64,000 bases of DNA from Eledone cirrhosa (GCA_964016885.1 OZ024741.1:292082001-292146000), one strand, 5' to 3'. Positions 41,001-56,409 are shown, counted from the stretch's first letter. The notes: a model not told the origin generated them from the letters alone. Made by a program: numbers and translations.

Positions 41001-43015
41001 TAGATTGATGATGGTTTGCTTTGACACAACTTACATTTTTTCGTTTTACTTTTACTGTTCTATTTTGGGTGTGTGGAGATTTCATTAATTAGATTGGGGA
41101 TACGCTTAAAAGTGATTGAGTCAATCTTATTGATTCCAGTAGGAGTACTGTCTTGATTGGATTTAGTCGGTCATATCGATTCCAGTACTTATATTTTCAA
41201 GTCTGATACTTATTTTTATCGATCCATTTTATTCAAGTCGATATGTTACAGATCATAAACTTATACCCAGACAAACACGTAAACACAAACAAGGATACAC
41301 ACATATATGAGGGCAGAAGCCTACCAAGTTTCACTCGCAAACTATTGTTATTCCTTGCTTATAGTAGATGGCACCTAAGTTGTCACGCAATGTGAGTTTG
41401 CGTAGAGAATTCCTTAGCCACGTTGCCATGCCTATGCATATTCTTATATAAGTAAAAAATAAGTTGATACATCATTGAAAGTAAACAGTACAACGTTTTG
41501 AATACGTTTTAAAATTTTTTTTTTTTTTCACACTAAGCAGCAGTAAGGTGGCGTGTTGGCAGAGTCGTTAGTGCGTCGGATAGAATGTTTTGTAGTATTC
41601 ATTCCGACTTTCTGCTCTCTGAATTCAAATCACGCCAAGTTCCACTTTACCTTTCAACCTTCTGGCGTCGATAAAAAAAAGTAGTAGTCTAATACTGGGG
41701 GCTGATTTTACCTCTATATCTCTTTCTTCCTTTCGCTCTCTCACTTTCTCTGGGAGAAATTTGCTGTAGTCAGGCCTGGAGAGGGGTGGGCTGCGATAGG
41801 CTTTAAAATACCCAAGAAATGTCGTATGCCACTATGACGCCCCTACGACTCTATCAGGAGTAACTGGACCATACAATAACATTCAATGTAACAGTAAGCA
41901 ATATAAATAAATTATATACATAGTGTCGTCAATAATGACGGCAATAACACTGAATATATCTAAGTTTTGGAGTCAAAGGATTAGCGGATACGTGAACAAT
42001 CATACAAACTAGGAAATTTGAATTTTGATAAATTAATTGCTTCCACAAGAAAAACCCTATAGTCTGTGTTGGGATTTAAAATAAGAATGGTATTTTAATA
42101 GTTTATTTCTAGGCTGTAATGACATACGTATGGATATATGTATGAACGCACGAGTAACTTCGGAGAAATAACTATTTACAAAGACAAATGTAAGGATAAA
42201 ACCTAAGGATAGTAAAATGTACTCACGTTTTGAATCCCTATGGCCAGAGGCATAATTAGGGTATGTCAAGCATGTCACGTGCCATACGCACCACAGGAAG
42301 GGGACGCTACTTGGACTAGGAGCACGTTCTATTAAAGTGAAATAATCCTCGTCGGAGAGTGAAAAAGGAAACTCCTTCAGATATGATCTGTGTCTGATTA
42401 TCATGGGTGGGGATATTATGTTGGCTGGACCATTAAACCATTTATATAAATTATTGGGCCCATGGGCAACAATACAATGCTGGGAAGGGGCGCAATTTCA
42501 CTGCTTGCCAATGGTGCTGTTTTCCCTAGTTATGCCTCGACCAATGACCATTAGTCTTGTTTCTAACTCAATAAACAATGCAATTATTGTCATTTAAAGA
42601 GTGTGTATATTTTGGGGATGGGGTCACCGTGTATATGCACTATCAAGGTCGAGCTGGGGATAAACATCAGCAACAATAACAAGACTTACTCTCACCCAAC
42701 GTCATGCTTAGAAATATCAGTAAAATTTCCTAAAATTTGCACACAACAACATTATAAAAAGGGACACCTTAGATAATGTGTTGCTATGTGTCATGATTCT
42801 GGGGAAAAGATTAGATGATGGGATGTTCAGGCTAATTTGTGGTTTGACAAGACGAAATTGATGAAATAAAACCTCACTATTAAAATTCAGTACCTGGCTG
42901 AGCTGGGACGAAACATTTATAAAACGCCTCTAATTAGTTGCTCGAACTGGTATAAACAGCAACTAAATACCACCCTATCTTCAAAGGAAGGAAAGCCACA
43001 TTATGATTATGTTAT

Positions 43016-43198
43016 GGCGGTGGATTGGCAGTATCAGAAGAGGGTCTGACACCATGCAAAGTGTTACGGCCATTTATGGTCTGAGTTCAAATCCCGCCGA
43101 GGTTAACTTTGCCTTCAATCCTTACGGGGTCGATAAAATAAAGTACCAGTAATACACTGGCATAATTGCTGGCCTTGTGCCAAATGTAGAAACAATTA
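43016..43198 (+). mobile_element. SINE family A near-full-length copy with 16-bp TSD
   Basis: attatgattatgttat at 43000-43015 and 43195-43210. Confidence 0.92.
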
Positions 43199-43503
43199 TG
43201 ATTATGTTATACTAGATATGTTGAAATCTTAAAAAGGACAAACTGGCAAGGTCTTTAGAATAACTTGTGGCATTTATCACAGTAGTGCAGTATGTCGAGT
43301 AGTATAGTGTTGTGTAGTATGCAGATCCACTCGATAGATCTTTGTCTTCCTAACGTCATTACATCACACGGGAACCTTTTTACACAGATCTCGCAGTATT
43401 GTGGTGCGTAGTTATTGCTGTTTAGCCTTGATCAAACACCTTTATGATCAAAAGATAATCCAGACATGGTTATATGTCTTTTTTTGTTTTAAAGACACAC
43501 ACA

Positions 43504-43569
<66 letters not shown>

Positions 43570-43672
43570 GAAATATATATATATATATATATATATACAT
43601 ACAATGCACACACTTATAGTGCATGTGTGTAGATGTATGTTGTGTAGGAGTGTGTTGTGTAGGTGTATACAC

Positions 43673-43733
<61 letters not shown>

Positions 43734-43883
43734 TATATAGACCTATTTATACATATATACATACATGCACACATACATACATATACATATGCAAGAGCAT
43801 ACACACACACACAGAGTGGCTGTGTTTGCATATATGTAGTTATGTGTATGTAAATATACTACCATACAATCTCAGTGTTTAAC

Positions 43884-43920
<37 letters not shown>

Positions 43921-44129
43921 ATATATATATATGCACGCGCTCGTGTGTGTGCCTCTGTCTGTGTGTCACTGTATTTGTGTATATATATGTATATATGCAA
44001 CCAATATGTATGTTGAGGAGTGGGAAGAAAATATGGTAACCTACACACAGATAGGATATATATGTGTGTATACATATATATATATATATACTCTCTCTGT
44101 ATATATATGTGTGTGTGTGTATATGAATT

Positions 44130-44191
<62 letters not shown>

Positions 44192-44727
44192 CAGTGGATT
44201 GGGAGATAGATAGCTATACATATACATAGTATATATGTATCCTGTTTTATTATCTAACAATTTAGCTATCTATTTAACCTCTTATCTATCTACCTATCTT
44301 TCTATCTATCTATCTGTCTATCTACCTATCTATCTATCTCTCTATCTATCTATCTATCTATCTATCTGTCTATCATAAAGATTGTATGTAAAACCCCCGC
44401 CGTCACGTCTTGTATTGTCTCATTTCTTGTACGCCCCTGTGGCAAATAAAGAAATATATCTATTTATCTATCTATCTAGAAATATATCTATCAATCGATC
44501 GATCGATCTATCTATCTATCTGCTTTTCACCATTCTACTTCTCTACATATATGTATGTGTTTGTGTGTAGAATATATGTTCAGTTGACGAAGTTTTATGT
44601 AATCATGGCCAGACTTTCACGTCTTCAGGTCCTCAGCTATATGAAATTTGAAGCCCTTCACTAAAAAAATCTTTCTTATATTAATTTCTCATATTAATGC
44701 TAATGATAAAGAATGAATAAATATATA

Positions 44728-44838
<111 letters not shown>

Positions 44839-44848
44839 GTATATATAT

Positions 44849-44917
<69 letters not shown>

Positions 44918-45089
44918 GCATACATATATCATATATATATATATATATAGTTGTTATATATTAAGGTGTATTATTGGTTGTGTCATACGGTCCAATAAAC
45001 TTTTGTGAGCAATATTAAGTTCTCCACGCTTCTGTATATCTCCAGCTCCATTTATGGGAACAGCTAGGTGATGTAAAGCGGAGTATTTG

Positions 45090-45151
45090 TATCAAAATAG
45101 AGATCCGAAGGCATGATTGGAAATTTATACCATGCCTTCGGATCTCTATTT

Positions 45152-45156
<5 letters not shown>
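45090..45156. repeat. Perfect 26-bp-arm hairpin at a (TA)n boundary
   Basis: tatcaaaatagagatccgaaggcatg (45090-45115) and its reverse complement (45131-45156), with a 15-nt loop. Confidence 0.9.
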
Positions 45157-45205
<49 letters not shown>

Positions 45206-45211
45206 GCATAC

Positions 45212-45278
<67 letters not shown>

Positions 45279-45590
45279 GCATACATGTACCATATATATA
45301 TAGAGATATACATACATTACCTACCAACATACATATATTTATACATATTTATATGTGTATTTCTTTATTTCTTTAATCAATTAAAATGTTCATGTAGAGC
45401 TAGTAAGCCATGACAGACTAAGGAGAAGTATCTAGAACTTCCTACAGTTAAGAAAAAAATCACAAGGTAGACAGAAATAAGTGAATATAAAAATAAAATG
45501 AAAATACAAGTGTGTATGTGTGTATATATATACTTATATATATATATATATACATACATATATGTGTGTGTGTGTGTATATGTATACATA

Positions 45591-45640
<50 letters not shown>

Positions 45641-45650
45641 TATGTATGTA

Positions 45651-45730
<80 letters not shown>

Positions 45731-46075
45731 TATGTATGTATGTATCTATGTATGTATATATGTATGTATTTAAAGAATAAACATTAATGATAAAAATATA
45801 TATATATGTATTTAAAAAATAGGGCTCACGATGGGGCGTGGACCTAAACTATGGGTTATTTAGCTATAGGTAAGTCCGGTACTATATGTATTATAATGCT
45901 TGTTGTAATGTATGATGTTGTGTAGTGTGGGGTGATTAGATCAGACAACAGAGGAGGTGGTCTGTAGGTGTGGGTTTACGATTTTGAGAGGGCCTATTCG
46001 CCTTGATTTGTATGTCTTTTATTCTACTTGCAAACTATCTTATGTTAACACTGCTTACTGGAATATTTAGTGAGA

Positions 46076-46483
46076 ACTCTCGGTTCCCAAATAATAGTGT
46101 GGGGGGGGGGGTACAAGCGCGGGAGCGGGGATATCGATAATTTTTCTAGGTTGTCTCCCTTGATTTAAAAAAAAAAACAGTATTAGTTGCTTAGTTTACA
46201 TAATAAGACTTTCCAACCCACCCTATTTATTTTATAACGTATGGGATTTCTTGTAAAGTTATTTTTTTGTCATGTATAATGTTTTGTTTTTTTTAATGTC
46301 TAAAAAATCTACTTGTCATAAGAATGCTACCACTTAAATAACATTTCGCAGGAGATAGAGTAGCAACATTTAATAAGCGAGGGGGTGGGGCGGAATAAGA
46401 ATGGTGGGGGGGGGGGGGGGGGGGGTGAAAAAATCTGAAAAGATTAATAAGCGGGTGCAACGATTATTCGAGACCTGAGGGTA
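46076..46483. mobile_element. Possible old TIR non-autonomous DNA element
   Basis: Ends actctcggttcccaaataatagt / acgattattcgagacctgagggt are roughly 70% complementary. Confidence 0.3.
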
Positions 46484-46669
46484 GTTTCATTTTCAAATCT
46501 GGTCTAACATTGTATCTGGTCCGATCCTGTCGCAAACTTTGAGGGCCTACATAGCATATCTAGCCTGGGTCTTTTATCAACTTTTTTGGGGGTGGTGGTG
46601 GCTAAATTCTACATCTGGCTTGTGCCTATTACAAGTTTTACTAGGGCCTGAGTGCAATGTAGTCTACAG

Positions 46670-47075
46670 TTGTGTTATGTGGTGTAGAGTGGTGTAGTGC
46701 AGAGTAGTTTAGTATAGGATAGTATAATGTGGTATAGTATAGTATAATGTGGTATAGTATAGTACAATGTAGTGTAGTATTGTTCGGTCAGGTGATGTGT
46801 AGTGTTGTAGAATATACTATAGTGTAGTATAGTATGGTGTAGTGTGCTGTAGTGTAATATAGTATAGTATAGCCTACTAGAGTGTGGTTGAATGTAGTTT
46901 AGTGTAGTATAAAGTAGTATAGTGTAGTATGGTATAATACAGCATTGTATAGTATAGTATAGTAAAGTAAAGTATAGTATAGTATAGTACAGTATAGTAT
47001 TGTATAGTATAGTATGGTATAGTATAGTGTAGTATAGTATAGTGTAGTATAGTGTAGTGTAGTGTAATGTAGTGT
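46670..47075. repeat. (TAGTR)n pentanucleotide repeat
   Basis: Degenerate tagta/tagtg array. Confidence 0.9.
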
Positions 47076-47822
47076 GACCTGTAAACTCTGTCCCTGAACT
47101 ACACCTCATCTGCGTGTATCCGTTCCACCATCACCACTATAACCATCATCATCATCACCACCACCGCCGTCGCCGCCGCCTTAGCAGGTCACGTGATGCC
47201 AGTGTAAGAAACATGCGCTGAGCAGAAAAGAGTTTCTCTGTTTAGGAAGTGAAGCAAATATGTTGTGTGTTGCTGCCTTGTAAAGCGAGAAGTAAGTTTT
47301 TGTAGTTGTTGTTGTTGTTGTCGTCGTTGCTGATACTGCTGCTGTTGTTGGTGTTGTTGTTGTTGCTGCTGTTCCTGCTGCTGCTCTTGTTATTGGTAGT
47401 TGTATGCTGCTTATAGTGGTGATGGCAGCGGGTGCACGCTTCTGCTGTTAGTGTTGATGTTGTAGTGGTGCTGCTGTTGCGGTGGTGTTGTTGGTGCTGT
47501 AGTGTTGTTATTGCTGTTGTTGTTGCTGTTGGTTTTTGTAGTGGTATTACTGTTAGTGTTGCTGTTGTAGTGGTGGTGTCATTGCGGTGCTGTTGTTGGT
47601 GTTGTAGTGGTGTTGTTGCGGTGCTGTTGTAGTGGTGGTGTTGTTGCGGTGCTGTTGTTGGTGCTGTAGTGTTATTATTGCTGTTGTTGTTGCTGCTGTT
47701 GTTGGTTTTTGTAGTGGTATTGCTGTTAGGGTTACTGTTATAGTGATATTATTACAGTAGTAGTGTTGTTGTTGGTGTTGTAGTGGTGTTGAGGTATTGC
47801 TGCTGTGGTGGTCGTGTTGTAG

Positions 47823-47853
<31 letters not shown>

Positions 47854-48399
47854 ATTGTTAGTGTTGTTGTAGTAGTAATACTGTTTTTTCTTGTTGCGGT
47901 GGTGTTGTTGTTGCTGTTGTAGTAGTTTTACTGCTGTGGCGGTGTTCTTGTTGGTGTTGTAGTGGTGTCACTGTGATGCTGTTGTTGTTGTGGTGGTGTC
48001 ACTATGATGGTGTTGTAGATGTGGTAGTGTTGTAGTGGTGTCACTGTGATGGTGTTGTTGTTGGTGTTGTTGCGTTAACGTAGTACTGTGCTTATAATAG
48101 TTGTAGAGGTACTCTTGTTGTTGTGTTGGTGGTAGTTGTTGTAGTAGTTGTATTGGTGACCATCTTCATTACTATTAGGTGTCATTGTGGCGGTTGTAGT
48201 ATCGGTAGTGGTAGAGTTATTGTAATGGTAGTAGTAGAGTTGTTGATATTAATATTGTGGTGGTGTTATTGATGGTGGTGGTGGTGGTAATATTGTTGAC
48301 GGTGGTGGTGTTGATGATGATGATGATGATGATGATATTGCGATAGTGTTACTGTTGATGACGGTGGTGGTGTTGATGGCGGTGGTCGTGTTGATGGCG

Positions 48400-49280
48400 G
48401 TGGTGTTGCGCTGGTAGTGTTGTTGGTAGTGTTAATGGTGATGGCGTTAGTATTGATGGTGGTGGTAGTGTTGATGGTAGTGCTGTTGGTAGTGTTAGTG
48501 GTGGTGGTGGTGATGTTGATGGTAGTGTTAGTGGTGATGGTGCTGATGGTGGTTGTGTTGATGGTAGTGCTGTTGGTAGTGTTAGTGGTGGTGATGGTGG
48601 TGGTGGTGGTGATGGTAGTGTTAGTGGTGATGGTGCTGATGGTGGTTGTGTTGATGGTAGTGCTGTTGGTAGTGTTAGTGGTGGTGATGGTGGTGGTGGT
48701 GGTGATGGTAGTGTTAGTGGTGATGGTGCTGATGGTGGTTGTGTTGATGGTAGTGCTGTTGGTAGTGTTAGTGGTGGTGATGGTGGTGGTGGTGGTGATG
48801 GTAGTGTTAGTGGTGATGGTGCTGATGGTGGTTGTGTTGATGGTAGTGCTGTTGGTAGTGTTAGTGGTGGTGATGGTGGTGGTGGTGGTGATGGTAGTGT
48901 TAGTGGTGATGGTGCTGATGGTGGTTGTGTTGATGGTAGTGCTGTTGGTAGTGTTAGTGGTGGTGATGGTGGTGGTAGTGGTGGTGGTGATGGTAGTGTT
49001 AGTGGTGAGGGTGCTGATTGTGGTGGTGGTGGTGTCGATGGTAGTGCTGTTGGTAGTGTTAGTGGTGGTGATGGTGGTGGTAGTGTTGTTGGTAGTGTTA
49101 GTGGTGGTGATGGTGGTGGTCGTGGTGTTGATGGTAGTGCTGTTGGTAGTGTTAGTGGTGGTGATGGTGGTGGTCGTGGTGATGGTAGTGTTAGTGGTGA
49201 TGGTGTTGATGATGGTGGTGGTGGTGGTGTTGGTGGTAGTGCTGTCGGTAGTGTTAATGGTGGTGATATTGTTGTTGGTT
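48400..49280. repeat. 93-bp minisatellite built from GGT/GAT/GTA triplets, within a ~3.4-kb GT-rich low-complexity region (47300-50700)
   Basis: The minus-strand translation repeats the 31-aa unit PPPPPSPPLTLPTALPSTQPPSAPSPLTLPS near-perfectly about 5 times. Confidence 0.9.
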
Positions 49281-49975
49281 GTGATGTTGTTGATGGTGGT
49301 AAAGTGATTGTGATGGTGAGGATGATGTTGTTATAGCGTTGTTGTTGTTGGTGGTGATGCTGTTGTAGTGGTAGTATAGTTGACAGTGGTGGTAGTGTTG
49401 TGGTGGTAGTGCCGGTATTGATGGTGGTGATTGCGGTCATCCAGTCGCCTTAGAGTGATACCTGTCACTACAATTGTTATTGTTGTTGTTGTGATGGTGG
49501 TTGTGATGGTGGTGGTGGTGTCACTGATATTGGAGTGGCGGTAGTAGTATCAATAGTGGTGTTGCTGTTGCAGTATCACTGGAGTTGTTCTTGTTGTGGT
49601 AGTGTCACTTGTTGTTCTTGAAGTAGTATCACCGTTCTTATTGTCATGATGGCGGTGTCACTAATGTTGTAGTGGCGGTAGTAGTGTCATTAGTGGTGGT
49701 GTTGTTATTGAGGTACTATCACTGTCCTTGTTGTTGTTCTAGTGGTGTTGTGGTGGTGGTGGTAGTATTAGTGTCACTGGTGGACGTTATCATGTTATTG
49801 TTGTGGTGGTAGTGATGGTGGTTGTTTTAAGGTAATAGTGGTGGTGGTAGTGTTGTTGTGGTGGGTTTTGTTGTTGTGATAGTTGTTGTGTTATGGTGGA
49901 GAATGTAGTAGTGGTGTTATAGTGGTTGTTGTAGTAGTTGCGGTTTTTGTTGTTGTTGTGGTAGTTGTGGTGGTG

Positions 49976-50112
49976 TAGTTACGTCCCTTTACGATCTGAG
50001 TTCAAATCCCGCCGAGGTTAACTTTGCCTTTCATCCTTAAGGGGTCGATAAAATAAAGTACCAGTAATGCACTGGTAATTGCTGGCCTTGTGCCAAATGT
50101 AGAAACAATTAT
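49976..50112 (+). mobile_element. 5'-truncated SINE family A
   Basis: Near-consensus 3' two-thirds. Confidence 0.9.
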
Positions 50113-50933
50113 TAAAAGAGAAGTGTTATTGTTGTAGTGGTGGTGGTAGTGTTATTGTTGTGTGGTTGTTGTTGTTGTTGTTGAAGTGCTAGTGGTAGTG
50201 CTGCCAGTTGTATTGTAGTGTGTGGCGAGGGGGGGGGGGGCGATGCTGCAGATATAGTACTTGTTGTTGTTGTTGTGGTTGTAGTATGGTAATGGTGACG
50301 AGATTTTGTAGTTGTGGAGTTAGTGCTAAGTTATACCCCTAACTAACAGGTTGTAATGCTGTAGTTGAGGTGGTAGTATAGTACTGCCGGTAAAATAAAG
50401 TATGGTGTTGTAATTATGGTGGTAGTGTTGTTGATGGTGGTGTCAGTGTGCGTGTGTGGTGTAGTAGTTGCGGTGGCAGTATATCTATGGTGGTGTTAGT
50501 GTTATGGTAACGGTAGTAGTGTATGTGGTATTGCAATGGTGGTGGTAGTGTGTGTGATGTTGTAATCGTAGTGACAGTATGGTTACGGTGGTGGTGAAGT
50601 TGTGTTGTAGTTACAGTATGGTAGTATGTGGTAGTAGTATGGTGGTGTGTGGTGTTGTGGTTCAGGTGGTAGTACTGTGATCCACCTTCCAAAAAACATG
50701 TGAGATTAGTAGTGTGGTACTTGTGATGCTGTAGTTGAAGTAATAGTAAAGTGGTGGTATTATAGTAGGATGTTGATATTGTAGTATATGTAGTAGTATA
50801 GGTTTCCACCAGTTTACAAAATGTTCTATATATACATATATATATATATATATACATATATATATACAAATACACATACATACATACATACATGCACATA
50901 TGTATATTTATATTTGCGAGTGTCTATATAATC

Positions 50934-50965
<32 letters not shown>

Positions 50966-50973
50966 GTGTGTAC

Positions 50974-51016
<43 letters not shown>

Positions 51017-51057
51017 AATACATACACACATATACAATCATAAAATATATGTATATA

Positions 51058-51103
<46 letters not shown>

Positions 51104-51184
51104 TATGTGTTTATGTGTGTGCGCGTGTATGTATGTATGTGTACATATATGTGTATATATATATATATAGAGAGAGAGAGAGAC

Positions 51185-51294
<110 letters not shown>

Positions 51295-51669
51295 CACATA
51301 CATACACGCGCACACACATAAACACATATTTGTGAGTGTGTGTGAGAGTATGTGTGTGTATGTGAATGTGTATGTGTATGTGAATGTGTGTGTGTGTGTG
51401 AGTGTATGTATCTGGAATAATTGTTGGCAATCTTCAAATCTGTTGCTATTTTTCGTTACAGAAGGACGGGGTGGGGGTGGGTCATTAATGTGAGGTGTTA
51501 CATAGATGATAGGAAGGTGTGATTCGAGAGTAGTGGTAGTAGTGATAGTAGTAAAGGTAGTAGTAGTAGTGGGGTGGTGGTAGTAGTAGTTATTGTAGTA
51601 GTTGTAGTAGTAGTTGTTGCTGTAGTCGTAGTAGTGGCAGCGGTAGTTGTAATAGTAGTTGTAGTGGTT

Positions 51670-51702
<33 letters not shown>

Positions 51703-53619
51703 ACGGTGGTAATAGTAGTAGTAGTAGTGGTAGTTGTAGTAGTAGTTGTTGTTGAGGTTGTAGTAGTGGCGGTGGTAGTAGTAATAGTAGTTGTTGTTGT
51801 AGTAGTAGTAGTAGTAACGGTGGTATTAGTAGTAGTTGTAGTGGTGGTAGTAGTAGCGTTAGTAGTGGTAGTTGTAGTAGTAGTCGTGGTAATAGTAGTA
51901 GTAGTAGCGGTAGTAGTAGTAGTAGTACTAGTAGTAGTAGTAGTAGTAATAGTAGTAGTAGTAGTTGTTGTAGTTGTTGTGTTGTAGTGTCAGTAGTATT
52001 TCATGAGGTGTGGTAGTATCGGTGGTAGTGCTGTTTGTGTGATGGTGGTAGTGGTGTTAGTCATAAAGGTGATGATGATGTTGATAGTGAGTATAGTGAT
52101 GATGATGATGATGATGATGATGGTGATGATGATGTTGATGATGATGTGTATAGTGATGATGATGATGATAGGAAGATATTGTTGATGATGATGATAGTGG
52201 TGATGATAAGGATGATGATGGTGGCGATAGTGATGATGATGATGATGATGCTATATTGACTTGTTGCTGCCACTTTAGTTTAGCTGTAAGAATAGTAGTA
52301 GTTGGAGTGGTAGTGGTGGTGATCGTGGTGGTAGTGGTAGTAGCAGCAGTGTGAGTGGTAGTGATGGTGGTGGTGATGGTAGTGGTAGTGGTTATGGTAG
52401 TAAAAGTTGGGATGGTAGTAGTAGTAGTAGTGGTCGTCGGGGTGATGGTAGTAGTTGTAGTAGTGGTGGTGGTGGTGGTGATGGTGGTAGTGATGGAGGT
52501 AGGTGTAGTTGTAGTTGTGGTGGTAGGGGTGTTAGTGTTGGTGGTGTAGTGGTAGTGGTGGTCGTAGTAGTAGTAGTCGTTGTGGTGGTGGTAGTAATAG
52601 TAGTATTTGTGGTGGTGGTGGTGGTGGTATTGCTGGTAGTAGTGGTAGTAGTGGTGGTGGTAGTAGTAGTAGTCGTTGTGGTGGTGGTCATTCACGTCGC
52701 TCTTGTATCAGAGAAATCAAAGGTTACGCACACACACACATACACGCACATAGACACAAACACACACATACACACATACACACAAACACACACAAACACA
52801 CAAACACACACAAACACACACAAACACACACATACACACACATACACACACAAACACACATACACACATACACACACACACCCATACACTCACATACACA
52901 CACAGACACACACACACACACATACAAACAGACACACACAGACAACACACACTCTTGTATATTTTTACCACCTCCACGGGTTTTCAATCAATCATATCGA
53001 TCCCACTACTCATTTACTTATATAGTAATTATTCTATCGATCTATTTTTATTGAACTTCTAAGTTACGAAATATAAAGGAACAAACACATATACAACACC
53101 TGTTTCAGACGATACACACACACACACACACACATACTCACACACACACACATACACACACACATGCACATACACATATATCGGTGTGTGTATGTGTGTG
53201 TTTGTGTCTGTATGTGTGCGTTTGTGTATTTGTATGTGTGTATGTTTGTATGTGTGTGTGTGCATGTGTGTGTGTCAGTGTGTGTGTATGTGCGTTTGTA
53301 TGTGTATATGCATGCATAAACAAAAACACATACACACACACGCACACACACCTGTATCGGTGTGTGTGTCTGTGTGTATATATATGTGTGTATGTCTGTA
53401 TATATTTGTGTTTGTATCTGTATGTTTGCGTTTGCGTGTCTCTTTCTATGTGTGTGCGTGTGTGTATGTGTCTGTACATATTTGTGGTTGTGGATATATG
53501 TGTGTCTGTTTGAGTACCTGCATGTGTGTGTTTGTATGTGTGTATGTATGTTTGTAGGTCTGTATGTGTATATGCATAAGTATAAACACACACACACGCC
53601 CACACATTTATCGTTGCGC

Positions 53620-53717
<98 letters not shown>

Positions 53718-53722
53718 ATATA

Positions 53723-53906
<184 letters not shown>

Positions 53907-53916
53907 TGTTATTTTA

Positions 53917-53993
<77 letters not shown>

Positions 53994-54020
53994 TATATAT
54001 AAATATATATATATATAAAT

Positions 54021-54089
<69 letters not shown>

Positions 54090-54218
54090 AGTGAGGTTTT
54101 TTTACAAAACGAAAAATAACCGAGGTGTCCTACACGAGTGAAAGTATAAAGAAAAAAAAAATGAAATCGAAAATGTAACTGGAGTCTTATTTAAAAATAT
54201 ATATATTTATTTATTTGG

Positions 54219-54260
54219 TTCTTTTACCGGTTTCGCAGTTCTTCTGCTTTTCAAAAATAG
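54219..54260 (-). ncRNA. Minimal hammerhead-like motif, U3-A8 core variant
   Basis: Reverse complement reads CUAUUU-UUGAAAA-GCAG(AAGAA)CUGC-GAAA-CCGG-UA-AAAGAA. Perfect stem II, palindromic stem III, weak stem I. It lies between (TA)n tracts. Confidence 0.6.
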
Positions 54261-54282
54261 AGTTGAGATGGAGGGTCTGTGG

Positions 54283-54320
<38 letters not shown>

Positions 54321-54462
54321 GGTGTGTGCGTGTGTGTGGGTGTCTGAAATTATGAATTGATAAATACATATGTATATCTACACACTTAGGCATGCCACAA
54401 ATTGTAAATAGACACACACCAACCTACACATATTTCTTATGAAATATGTATATGTGTGGGTG

Positions 54463-54493
<31 letters not shown>

Positions 54494-54857
54494 GTATATA
54501 TATACATAGGTGTATATAAACAGACCTATTTATCTATCTATAAGCCTCTCTGTCAATCTCACCTTTTGTCTCCCCCCCCCCCCCGCCGCCATCCTCATTC
54601 CTTCCCCTCTCATTCCTTTCAATCTTACCAATCGTTCCATCCTCTTACACTCATTTGTAACGTTCCCTGTATTTAAGATGTTAACACTGTCTTAAGTATT
54701 GTTTTAAAACGTAACTTGCGTGCTCACTCGCGTGGCTGTGTGTATACACCCACTCAGAGACACAGACTGACAAACATGTTTCTCTTTGTGTAGTAGAATG
54801 TGAGTGTATATATATATATGTGTGTTGTGTGTGTGTGTGTGTGTGTATACTCATATT

Positions 54858-54932
<75 letters not shown>

Positions 54933-54935
54933 ACT

Positions 54936-55197
54936 GGAATTGTATAATCAAGACCGTAGCGGTATGTCATATATCAAATCATATATTTTATCTGATGAGG
55001 ACGTACTGAAAAAAAAAAAAACACACTACCTTTGAAATATATATAATAAAGCATATATTTTGATTATGTGAATATCTTTCATTTGTTAATATTTTGAATA
55101 ATAAAAACTCCAGGAAAACTTTCTTGTTGAGTGCTTTTAATCTATTGTAAAATTGTATTCTTTGAGTAATCAACGAACCATATTAATCTTTGGTTAT
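54936..55197 (+). mobile_element. (TA)n-embedded short repeat element (paralog of 36050-36296)
   Basis: Near-identical to the 36-kb copy and bounded by (TA)n on both sides. Confidence 0.85.
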
Positions 55198-55723
55198 ATA
55201 TATATATATATATGTATGTATATGTATGTATATATATATATATATACATACAGGGTGAAAGCAGCGATTCTTTGCTTAAACTTTAATCTGTTATTTTAAT
55301 AAATATATATATATTATATATATATATGTATGTATATATATACACACACATATATATATATTGTTTTATAACGTAACTTGCGTGTATATATGTTTGTATG
55401 TGTGTGTTTATATGTATACTTATATAAGTGTATGTGTATATATTTTTCTTTCTATCATCCCAAACGTAAACCTAACACTAATTGTTTTTGTATCTCTCAT
55501 TTTATATATATATATATATGTGTGTGTTTGTGAGTGTGTGTGTTGTGGTGTGTGTGTGTGTTGTGTTGTGTTGTGTTGTGTTGTGTGTATTGTGTGTGCC
55601 TGTGTATGTGTGATGAAACAAAATAGAGGTAGGCTAGGCAGATTGTGAGATTTGCAAATTAAAATATGTACATATAAAAACCTATTGGACATCTCCGTTC
55701 AAGTATTTCAACAAACCTGCAAG

Positions 55724-55771
<48 letters not shown>

Positions 55772-56104
55772 GATATAGAAACACATATACACGGATACAC
55801 ACACTCACACACACATGCACACACAAATACGCATATATAAACGTATATAAACGTATACACAAACTCACACACACACATTGATTAAATGAATTAAAAATTA
55901 TAAAATAAAATTGTACTTCTACTAGTTTCAGTCATTAGACTGCGGCCACGCTGGGGCCCCGCCCTCAAGTTATTTAGTTAATCGTATCGATCCCAGTACT
56001 TTGTTTTTATGCCTGACACTTATTTTATCGATTTCTGTTTGTCAAACTTTTAGTTTACGGCATATATACAAGCAATAAACACTTGCGTGTGGGTGTATAT
56101 ATAT

Positions 56105-56149
<45 letters not shown>

Positions 56150-56197
56150 CTTTGGGAAGATAATTTATGAATATATCTTATCGTTTCATTGATTAAG

Positions 56198-56228
<31 letters not shown>

Positions 56229-56341
56229 GTAATAATAAAAATTTGAAGACTAACATCCAAAGAGGGCTCGACAAGGATAAATATATATGAAATATATAAG
56301 AACCGTAGAGCAAATATTTAATCTGTTATTTTAATAAATAA

Positions 56342-56391
<50 letters not shown>

Positions 56392-56409
56392 GTGTGTGTG
56401 TACTAGTAA

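Noticed and set aside
48349-49440. Extensin/mucin-like proline-rich gene
   Set aside because: The ORF derives from a triplet-based minisatellite that is open on both strands, with no signal peptide or splice support.
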